This document shows, piece after piece, positions 8,201 to 16,300 of a DNA stretch of 26,636 nt. A model generated the notes under the pieces. The model made no database searches. It was given only the letters and a program-made list of their open reading frames with translations, and had not been told where the DNA came from. The stretch covers positions 1-26,636 of the IMG/VR virus record IMGVR_UViG_3300046008_001149; one strand, 5' to 3'. Source of the DNA: a virus. Its lineage: Duplodnaviria > Caudoviricetes. How positions within the stretch are numbered: the stretch's first letter is position 1; every line of letters begins with the position of its first letter. Position numbers and translations under genes: made by a program.

Positions 8201-11200
8201 TGAAATAAACAGAACCTGTTTTTTTGTCAACATATCCGTCGGTGTCAAGCAACCCTCTCAACAGATTCAGTCGTGAATTTGTATCCGTCATAAGGTAATC
8301 AGTCGGAATAAACTTGCTTACAGAATCAGCACCCCATAAACCATACTCTTTTAAAGCGTTGATTAGTTGACTGGATTTAAAGCCACCGTTTTCATTTTGA
8401 GATTTAAAGTCGTTTTCTCCAATCCTATATGTTGGACATCTATCATCACTAACATTAACAGCACTTACTGAATATCCGTCTTTCAAATGAAGCTGCACTA
8501 AATCAGCTATTTGTTTGTCGCCTGTTGAAAAGGTTATTGAGCCTCCTCGAAAACAACCATCGCCCAATAAAACCCCCATCACATAACCATGAATCAAAAA
8601 ATCTTTTTTATTGAATTCTATCGAATTTACAACGGGGATAAAATGCTGTTTATCGATTGTTTCTCTAATTTCTTTTAGAGTTCTAACTTCTGGCTGGGCG
8701 CAATTCCAGTTAGGATTGCCGCGCATTTTTCGCCTCTCATACAGCGTTTGAGTAAGCCACAAATGCTCATCGCAACACTCAGTAACTGCGCCATCCGAAA
8801 ATTCAACGCGATAAATTTCTTTTTCGCCTTGAGGATGAACAGATAAGACTTTAGTGGTTGTGCCGTCGGCAGTAATAACGGAATCGTTAGGTTTAATATC
8901 ACCCATTAGCACCCAGCCATTAGGCGTTAATACTTTTGCGTCTAATGGCTGTGCCTTGCCAGTACCAGTTCCATTAGTAATCATCATGCCGTGTGCAGTT
9001 TCAAAACGCTCCTCTATTTTGATAATGTCGTCTTGTTGTTCTGGTAACAAAAACGGCAATGTTTCACGGATATTCCACGCACCTTTTTTGTAGGCGATAT
9101 TTTCAGCATCATCTTGTAATTGCTTTTTTTGTTCGCGGCTTAGTTTTTCAGTCTCTCTAACAGCCCCGTCAAGCTCGCTATTTCGCTGTCTGTCATCAGG
9201 TATTCCTTGTCCGCCATCGTCACTGCTTCCTGCACCGTCTGAATGTCGGGAATCATCCCCAAGTTCTCCGTTTCCGCCATCCACGCTTGAATCGCTCGGT
9301 ATTCCAGCAGAATCGGGGCGAATCTCTGATAAGCCAATATCACCTTGTTGGGGAAGTTCCGCGCCGCTAGTTGGTTCGCCTGTAATTCCTGATTCTGTTC
9401 CATTTGTTCCTCGGTCATTGAGAACAGTTCCGTCACTTGGCGAGTTCTCATTTCGGGGCGTTTCGCTATCTGATTCCAAATCGACATTGGTAGTTCGTGC
9501 ATTTTCTGATTCCTGTGTAGTTTGAGTTTGTTCTTCTAACCATTTTTCACGCAATTCTTTTTTGCCGCGTGTTTCGGTAAATAGGTCAATGAATCCGCCT
9601 TTTCTTACCGCGCCTTTTAATTCCTGTTGTTCGCCATATTGACGTTGCAATGCGTCATTAGCCGCTTTCAATACATCATTTAGGCTAATCGGTTCACTAT
9701 CACCAAACAAACTTAAACTTTGTTTGCTTTCAAGTTCCTTATTAACAAACGATGCCATTTCTTTAAAGGCTACGCTTAATCGTCCGCTGGAACGGTTATT
9801 TTCTTTGATGAATAACGCCATTGCGCCTGTTACTGCATCAATGCCGTTGCCGAATAAATCTGTTTGTGCGAGATATTCTTCAATGGTTAAGCCTTTATCT
9901 TTTGCCGCCATAATCGCATTAGTGGCTTTGATAATGGTATCAATCGCTTCTTGGTCAAGTGATAACTCGATGCTATCCGTGAGTTTTGCACTGATATAGT
10001 CGGCTTGTTTTTCGCTTAAACCTTTCGCTTTGACAAAATCAGGTGCGGCAGAATTGAGCGCGGCAATGATGTTTTTGATTTCAGGTTTTGAATCATCCGC
10101 CATCATTTCAAGCAATCGGTCATCACTGTAAGCACGGGCAAAAATAGCGGCTTGCAAACGGTCAAAAAGTTGTTTGGTCGGTTCGCCACTGGTGGTTGAG
10201 TATTGCGCGGCTTCGGCATCGCCTAACGATTGCAAAAAGCCTAAAACAAACGGACGGTTTTGTACTGAATTCAAATCGCCGTCAATCAACTTGCTAATCA
10301 GTGCATCATCTAAGCGGTTGGCATCACTACGCGCTTTTTCGGTTGCGGTCATCGCTAATTTGTCATCGGCGTTAGCATCTGAGGCAAAAGCAACGCGGTC
10401 TAATTTGCTTTTGCGAACTCGCACTAAAACAGGTTTTTTCATAGCTTCAACTTTGCTTTGACTAATTCCAAAACTTGCCGCTTCGTCAATTAACCATTCA
10501 CGGTATTCTTCCGCCGCGCCAATGCGATAGGCTTCAATAATTGCCATTGTGCGACCATTACCCGATTCAACAACGCGGTCTTTACCGACAATTGGTGCGC
10601 CACTATCTGCTCGACGGGTTTTGCCTAAGCTGTCAACATCAAGGTCTTTTGCTGTTTTCAGTACCCACGCAACCGATTCGGCGCGTTTTCTATCGCGTGG
10701 TTGTAATTCGTAAGGGTATTCGGGGTTTTCGTTACCTTGATTGTCGTGACTGACAATTAAGTTTTTCGCTTCAACGACTGCAAAACCTGTTGTGACTTTC
10801 AAGCCCTTTGCTGTTTTAACGACGTTATCATCACCTTCTGGTTTTAGGTCGGAATCTGTAAATGTTTCGAGGTCTGGGTTTTGGGTTAAAGGTCTTTCTT
10901 CGCTTCGTGTTGCTACAAACTGCTTCAACAATGCCAACTTATCTGCGCCCGTATTTGCTGAAAGTATCTTAATTCTAATGTTTTCAATTTCACTAAATTC
11001 TACCTTGTCAAAAACAGGCGCGACAGGTGTTTCACAATCAAAATTTCTAAGGGTTTGCGCTAACATTTCGCTTCCTGTTTGTAGGTTTAGGCTATCTAAA
11101 ATTGAATTCGCTTGCATTGAAAAGCTCCCTTTGTTGCCTGTGGCGGATTTGATTTGACTGGAATTAAAAGCGATAAAAACTAAATCATCATTACTCGCGC

Positions 11201-12983
11201 TTTGTTTATCGCCCTTTAAAATAACACCGTCATAACCCATTTTTATTAGTGTTTTTTGTATTTGAGAATTTTTAACACTGAAATAATCGGGTTTTGATGG
11301 ATTGCCAAAAATGGCGTAAATATCGTTTGTTTTTTCGTTATCACTTTCATTTTCCGAATTTTCTAATTCTTCAAGTGTTTTTCCGTATTTGGCGTTAGAT
11401 TCATAATCAAAAGCGATATTGGTTATTTTGTCGATACCGTAATAATCATCAATCATAAGTGGATTTTTTAGCGACAAAATCACTGGAATAACATTACCGC
11501 CTAATTTTTCTGCATACTCACTGGCATAATCTGCATTATCGGTAAAAAACGAACCTAAACCCGCTCCAATACCATTTTCACCTGCTTTTTCTGTAGCGAA
11601 TTCGGCTATATCGGCATCCGTTCCGTGATAAACAACAAGTGGTTCGCCGTTGGAATCAATGACTTTTGAATAATCTATATTTTGATTTATAAATTTTGTA
11701 TAATAATCATTAAGGCGCGGCGATGCAGGTGCGGGATGTCGAGGCATTTGCCCTTCACTCGATTGTGATAAAAGCCCTTCGACACGCCTTATATCTAGCA
11801 TTTCATGGTCATAAAATAACCTTCCGTTTGCATCCTCTCTAAATCCAGCAGTAACAACATATTGTTTGCTTGCAATATCAACGTGCTTTGAAATAACGAC
11901 CAATTTACCTTTATTGTTTTTTGGGTTTTCACCGTTATAAACAACAAATCCATTTTTAACCACTTCTTTAATTGCAGCAAAAGCCTTTAGCTTATCTGGT
12001 GCGCTACCGTGCTGAATTGCTTGGTCAATGCCGTTATTTCTTATTTCTAATTTAATTCCGCTACGTTGATTCACATAATCACCGACCAAATTATCAACGC
12101 CATACTGATAAACTTTTTTTCTAAGTTGCTTCATATCGAGTGGCTCAACAAAATCATCAATTTCAGTACCGCTTATTTTAACGGGGCTTTCAGTTGCCAA
12201 CTCTTTAATTGTTGCCGCCGCCTCAAAATCTCCAAACCACGCTTTAAATTCTGGCGTTCTAACCTGTGTGTGTTGCATGGCATTGAGTTTTGACGGTTTG
12301 CCATTGGGTGCAAGGCGTGGTTTTAACGCCACAAACTGTTTGAGCAAGTCCAGTTTTTCACGCCCTGTTTGAGCGGTACTTATGGCACTGCGTAAATTGT
12401 CAATTTCCGTTCTGGCATCATCAAAAACTGCCTTGTGAGCAACTTTTGTTGCATCGCCTTTTTTAAGCCATCGCTTAAAATCAATCATGCTCATTTCAGT
12501 AATTTCGCCCAAGCCCTGCCAATCTTTAGCGTAATTTGATAGATAGGATTTTATTGCATTATCTTTGCTGTCATAACCAAAAATAACTTTGTGTTCGTCA
12601 AACTTTCCGCTTTGTGGGTTGATTTGGTCAATTACAAAAACGCTTTCAAGGCTATCAGCTTGTTGCTGCGTTAAATGTGGCTTGACAAAAACATCTATTG
12701 GGTCGCCATCTGCGCCTTCGGTGCTTGATATTTCGCCATAACTGTCTTTAAGCTCGCACTCCCATTTATTGCCGTCTTTATCAACGCCTTTTCTAACTGA
12801 ACCGTAAGGGTTTTCGATTTCGATTTTTAAGCCGCTGATTTTAATTTTGGCTTTTTCGTAATCCCCCTTTTTCGCCTCACTAATCGTAGGCGTTTTAATA
12901 TCGCTTAGCGGTGATGTTGCGCTGTTTTGGTGGATTTTTTCATCAAGCTTGGTTTTGATTTTGATTGCATCCATCACATTCAC
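5241..12983 (-). CDS. Giant polyvalent DdrB/DarB-like antirestriction protein: InPase, ART-PolyVal (LPD3-like insert), DdrB-like ParB, SF2 helicase with intein, N6-adenine DNA methyltransferase
   Basis: IENPYGSVR...GADGDPIDVF...FDEHKV (InPase); VRTPEFKAWFGD...GEPLVVYHGT...GYDGV...QIKSATGN (ART); LQPRDR...GAPIV...VESGNGRTMA (DdrB-ParB); GTGTGK/T, DEAH, SAT, GVSLHD...QIEGRIYR (strawberry-notch-like SF2); YFPTP, LEPSAGHG, MNPPF (MTase). Lies after darA and ddrA. Confidence 0.9.
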   Translation of the reverse strand: MNVMDAIKIKTKLDEKIHQNSATSPLSDIKTPTISEAKKGDYEKAKIKISGLKIEIENPYGSVRKGVDKDGNKWECELKDSYGEISSTEGADGDPIDVFVKPHLTQQQADSLESVFVIDQINPQSGKFDEHKVIFGYDSKDNAIKSYLSNYAKDWQGLGEITEMSMIDFKRWLKKGDATKVAHKAVFDDARTEIDNLRSAISTAQTGREKLDLLKQFVALKPRLAPNGKPSKLNAMQHTQVRTPEFKAWFGDFEAAATIKELATESPVKISGTEIDDFVEPLDMKQLRKKVYQYGVDNLVGDYVNQRSGIKLEIRNNGIDQAIQHGSAPDKLKAFAAIKEVVKNGFVVYNGENPKNNKGKLVVISKHVDIASKQYVVTAGFREDANGRLFYDHEMLDIRRVEGLLSQSSEGQMPRHPAPASPRLNDYYTKFINQNIDYSKVIDSNGEPLVVYHGTDADIAEFATEKAGENGIGAGLGSFFTDNADYASEYAEKLGGNVIPVILSLKNPLMIDDYYGIDKITNIAFDYESNAKYGKTLEELENSENESDNEKTNDIYAIFGNPSKPDYFSVKNSQIQKTLIKMGYDGVILKGDKQSASNDDLVFIAFNSSQIKSATGNKGSFSMQANSILDSLNLQTGSEMLAQTLRNFDCETPVAPVFDKVEFSEIENIRIKILSANTGADKLALLKQFVATRSEERPLTQNPDLETFTDSDLKPEGDDNVVKTAKGLKVTTGFAVVEAKNLIVSHDNQGNENPEYPYELQPRDRKRAESVAWVLKTAKDLDVDSLGKTRRADSGAPIVGKDRVVESGNGRTMAIIEAYRIGAAEEYREWLIDEAASFGISQSKVEAMKKPVLVRVRKSKLDRVAFASDANADDKLAMTATEKARSDANRLDDALISKLIDGDLNSVQNRPFVLGFLQSLGDAEAAQYSTTSGEPTKQLFDRLQAAIFARAYSDDRLLEMMADDSKPEIKNIIAALNSAAPDFVKAKGLSEKQADYISAKLTDSIELSLDQEAIDTIIKATNAIMAAKDKGLTIEEYLAQTDLFGNGIDAVTGAMALFIKENNRSSGRLSVAFKEMASFVNKELESKQSLSLFGDSEPISLNDVLKAANDALQRQYGEQQELKGAVRKGGFIDLFTETRGKKELREKWLEEQTQTTQESENARTTNVDLESDSETPRNENSPSDGTVLNDRGTNGTESGITGEPTSGAELPQQGDIGLSEIRPDSAGIPSDSSVDGGNGELGDDSRHSDGAGSSDDGGQGIPDDRQRNSELDGAVRETEKLSREQKKQLQDDAENIAYKKGAWNIRETLPFLLPEQQDDIIKIEERFETAHGMMITNGTGTGKAQPLDAKVLTPNGWVLMGDIKPNDSVITADGTTTKVLSVHPQGEKEIYRVEFSDGAVTECCDEHLWLTQTLYERRKMRGNPNWNCAQPEVRTLKEIRETIDKQHFIPVVNSIEFNKKDFLIHGYVMGVLLGDGCFRGGSITFSTGDKQIADLVQLHLKDGYSVSAVNVSDDRCPTYRIGENDFKSQNENGGFKSSQLINALKEYGLWGADSVSKFIPTDYLMTDTNSRLNLLRGLLDTDGYVDKKTGSVYFTSVSKMLIDGIIELTRSLGGIATVSKKIPTYTHNGERKTGKLAYTACLHLPNSVQYFGLTRKLDLITPKVHAPRRKIVSVTLVGKKQAQCIAIEHPSHLYVTDDYVVTHNTYTALGAIKRFAKQGKQSILIVVPGDKIAADFIESAENLHLKIKALEDITDNGGEGIAITSYANFYQNESLMRRDWDLVIFDEAHKINSNAAGDSTGAQEMMRKITGHPSKTAGLVSEKLNNHPVKQQLDAVKQQLDAVKIKIREAGGGGGWTNMTGWTDSKKENLKALEDKEAELKQELEEAKDEIRAELEKKRAKVLFLSATPFAYEKSIDYAEGYLFDYPKSEDGGYNSGDGQQNFMMTHFGYSMRTNKLTRPDAGVNGGAMQRQFNEMLKTSGALSGRSLKVDADYSREFIILKDKLGEQIDAALSALNDSKYRELNSYIHASSFDYLSRLKLLEAIKAKSIVKRIHLHLALNRKVVVFHGYNVGGATNPFKLMTTGNVWAKKDDREKSKIQSQYADFSKNFPKYANMKLDDLQSPIETLKSAFGGDVMIYNGTVAKKQILQSAKDFNNDSLEKNIILMQTDKGKEGVSLHDTTGKKTRVLINLGLPTKPTDTIQIEGRIYRTGQVTDAIFEYISTGTKYEKRIFADVIATRSSEAENLAMGNDARNLLDAFKNGYLNANSDEPSTEQGRGGKEINKLEEISPFDKAISDYFATQKANKNTKSKGIDYFPTPEPIGMKMVEFANLKAGESALEPSAGHGAIARYMPENTKNTYIEPSLDLQGDLALRTAGNGDIKGGAFEDLSTYNKFSAVVMNPPFGKGGKMAIEHVEKATKHLRDLGRVVALIPDGGMAEKRFNQFLERAEKDNIILTKTIHLPSIAFERAGTSVNTKIVILDRIDDKETRESLYETSHDFRQVTDIKELFAQMQHLQTQRFTVLPKVEAENSVMDSVEPEKRQFTTIEKEIVLDSVAIPSKESKPRETWTLQSYLRGLR
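7456..7500. repeat. Exact 21-bp tandem duplication (VKQQLDA x2)
   Basis: acggcatcaagctgttgcttt at 7456-7476 and 7477-7497. Confidence 0.9.
7872..8954 (-). mobile_element. Class 3 intein (361 aa) with LAGLIDADG homing endonuclease, inserted in helicase Walker A
   Basis: GTGTGK|AQPLDAKVLTP...EHLW...MGVLLGDG...LRGLLDTDG...AQCIAI...VVTHN|T. Ala1 plus the W-C-T triad. Confidence 0.92.
9140..9502 (-). CDS. Nested (overprinted) 120-aa protein inside the giant gene
   Basis: ATG with AGGA RBS 8 nt upstream, helical protein-like composition, and it coincides exactly with a G/D/S/R-rich disordered linker of the host frame. Confidence 0.6.
   Translation of the reverse strand: MHELPMSIWNQIAKRPEMRTRQVTELFSMTEEQMEQNQELQANQLAARNFPNKVILAYQRFAPILLEYRAIQAWMAETENLGMIPDIQTVQEAVTMADKEYLMTDSEIASLTGLLERLKN
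11711..11791 (+). ncRNA. Candidate structured antisense sRNA after the LPD3-like module
   Basis: TATAAT at 11699-11704, terminal stem TAAGGCG/CGCCTTA, short internal hairpins (GGC/GCC, TCAC/GTGA). Confidence 0.4.
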
Positions 12984-13309
12984 CCAAACACAGACAAATC
13001 AAGGCTTACAAACTTATCAATCGCACTCGCTACCAGTAAGTCATCGGTTGCAACAACAATCTCACTTGAATCAATCACCTTTTGCGCTAAATCGTTGACG
13101 TTTTCGCTATCGTGTTTCCCTGCAATGACCTCCTGCAAAAATACGATGTTTGTATCTGTGGCGGGGGCAGATTCACCTAATTTTTCAAGCGCGTTTGAAA
13201 TGTCTTTTTGCGTTTTGCGCTTTTCTGAAAATGATGGGCTTGTTGCCAAAAAATCTAAACCGTTGTTGACAATTCCTTGATATTGACGCTTTTCTTTAAA
13301 TCCCAACAT
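12980..13309 (-). CDS. DdrA-like small Dar-system protein
   Basis: Size and position between darA and the ddrB-like gene match P1. ATGA overlap with the giant gene. Sequence similarity is weak. Confidence 0.6.
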   Translation of the reverse strand: MLGFKEKRQYQGIVNNGLDFLATSPSFSEKRKTQKDISNALEKLGESAPATDTNIVFLQEVIAGKHDSENVNDLAQKVIDSSEIVVATDDLLVASAIDKFVSLDLSVFG

Positions 13310-13311
13310 GA

Positions 13312-16300
13312 TTACATTACCCCCGCTGCTGCTTTTTTCAGAATTTCAGTCAAAATGTCCGCGAGTTCATTTAGTTGCGGGTCGTACTGCTCCATTAAGT
13401 CGCGCTCTTCAATCATTGCAGCTAAATCATCAAGGCGTTTGTCAAATACTTTACGGTCGGTTTCGCTTTTCAATGATTCAATTTCAGTATCGATTTCGGT
13501 GATTGTGTTTTGGGGCGGTTGTGGTATATTTTCGTCGGAGCTTTGCTTTTCGCCCGTGACTGCGCTAGGGGGATTGTTATCAATCTGATTGGACTGCGCC
13601 CTTTCCCAAAGCAAGGCTTTGTTTTTCAAGTAATCCGCCCTAGAAATCAAGCCACTTCCAACGCTGTAAAAAACTCCCCCGTCACCTTGCTTTACTTGCA
13701 CAAAAGCAATTTTGGCTTTGCCGTTATTTTTAGCCAAAATAAAGGTATTTCCTTTCCCCTGAAAAATAGCATTTTTATTTTGAGCGACATCAAAAATTAA
13801 ATCCTCTGTTGAGTCATACCCATTCGCTTTTAATTGTTCTGCTCTAATATCTCTATCGATATGTATTTTTCCAAAGCCGCGACCAGTTTTATCATCATGA
13901 AATCCTAGTTGTAGCTTTATCTTCCCAGCACTGCCACCCATTAAATCGGCTTGCTCAGGCGTAATTTCACCAAAATCATCTGAACCATTCGGCGCAGTGA
14001 TTAGTGTTTCAGGGGCGTTGTCGCTTGTTTCCAAATCTATCTCACTTAATTCTGTTCCAGTTGATTGATTTAGTAAATCTAAGGCTTTATTAAACACATA
14101 CTCTGGCTCTGAAAAGCCATTTCTCTTAATTCCCATGTAGCCATCATATACACGCTTACCATCAACAAAAATTGCATAAGCCCCATCACTAATACCCGCA
14201 TCATTAGTTGCTTGATAATTTACCTTAACAAGCCCCTTTGTGTACTCAACGCTTCCAGTAGCGGAATCACTTTTTATTTCAAATCCTTTTAATGATGCAA
14301 CTGCATCAATTTCGGCAGTTGAGTTTTCAGGCGGTTGTGGTATATTTTCACTGGACGCTGTGAGTTGGTCTGAACTGTCCCCCTCTTCGGAGCGTTGGGA
14401 ATAAGCCTGAGAAAGCGATGATTCGTCATTGAAAAAAAGGGCATTCAAGACGCTTTCTGCGTCCTGTTGTTTAACTCCGTTTTTCTTCAAATTTTCAATT
14501 AGCGTTTTTGGCTTGTCTTTGAAATAAGTTACTACATTCAGTCTATCGCCTTGACGCTTTCCAGTCGCCAAATCTGCAACATAAACATACGCCAATCCGT
14601 CACGATTTTTAATGAATACCAATCTAGGCATTTTCTGTTCGCCAACTGTTTCAGATTCCACAACTGCATCAAATTTTTCTGCAAATTCTGGCAAATAAAG
14701 CCAATCAGAAACATCCATATCTGGATGCCTGTTTTTAACATGAATTGCCGCGCTTGGAATCAATAACTCACGCGCTACGCCAATATCAATGCTTGTCATA
14801 TTCTTAACTTTTGTGTTTTTGTCGTGACTAGCAACATTAACAACAAGACGGCTTGCTTTGGGTTGCTTACCTTCTGCTATATCCGTGACAAATTCGGTAA
14901 TTTCTTCAGGTGTTGCTGTTTTAGTTTTCAAATCCTGCAAATCCTCATTTGATTCTGTTTCGGGTGTTCTAAGCCCATAACCATCTGTTTTTAAACTAGC
15001 CGCTTTTACAAGCTGTGGTGATACAAAATCCATGACTTCCTTAATTGTTTTAGAGCCAGAAATAGAAAATCCAGTTTCTAGCAGCAATTGAACTAAATCC
15101 TGTTTATTCAGGGGCTTTAAAAACGAAAGTACCGCACTAAGATTGCCCGTCGTTAAAAACCCTTTTAGTATTTCTTTATTTGAGAATTCGGGCTGTTCAA
15201 CCACTTCATTCTGTCCGACATTTTCAGTTTCATCGGGCGCAATTGTGTTTTCAGCGGGTTGTGGTATAGTTTCGTCAGGGTTGGAAGTGAAGCGAGCTGT
15301 GCCATCTTCATTACTAACATCAGCAATGTCTGCCCTCGTGCTGTCTCCAACCTTGACTTTCTCAAACGCTGTTAATAACCACGCTTTTTGCTCTCCATTC
15401 CATTCAAGCCTAACCGCTGCTTTATGGTCTTTTGATTCAAGTTGAATTCTTTTGTTTGAACTTGTTTCCGATACTTTGCTCAAACTAGAAATAACGCCTT
15501 GCAAATCAGATATTACCTCAGGGTGAAATTTGATAAGTTTTGATAATCCATATCCATCACTAGCCCCCGTGCCTTCTTTCCCCCAAACCAAATCAATATC
15601 ACCAACATCTGGATGATGCAACGCTGCAACCGCTTCACCTGTTTGCATTTCAGTTAATTTTGCAATTGCGCCTTGTGCATCGTGATAAAACTCTCTAAAA
15701 ATCTGACCAAATGCACCTGTTTCTATTTCAATCGGCGGGGTTTCATCACCAGTTGGTTCAGTTAATTCGGGTGTGGATTCAGGGTTTTCTAAACGATTAA
15801 TATTACGCTCTAGCTCATCCGCTGATTCATTTCTGCTGTCACCGCCAACCTCCCTTAGCATAGTGACGAAATCACGCCCTTTTTTAATTCCTTCTTTTCC
15901 TTCGATAGCATATTCTAAAGCCATTCGCTTAAATGAATTTTCTGGTGAAATAGAGCTTGTTTTTTCATGGTCATCAAGTACATCTTGGGCGATTTCAATT
16001 AGCTTTTCTTTGCCGCTTCTTTTGGCTTTTAGTAGTACACCATTACTGTTGTAATTAGCATTTTTAAGCGCATCAATTAAATCTTGATAGTCGCTTTCAC
16101 TCAATGCTTGAACTTCGGCAACACTGGCATTCCAAACGGCGTTATTTGTGCCATATTCGGTATTTAGCTCGTTGATTGTTTCACTTACTGAAAATCCGTT
16201 TAGGGTTGGCGTTGCAACTTCAGGCGCAACAGGCGCAACAGGCGGATTTGTCAACGCCGCAATCTCTCTATCGTCCTTTTCAACTCTGGCTACCTCTAAG

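Noticed and set aside
14347-14433. Canonical tRNA gene
   Set aside because: It has a D-arm-like segment but no proper GTTCRANYC T-arm or 7-nt anticodon loop; kept only as a candidate structured RNA.
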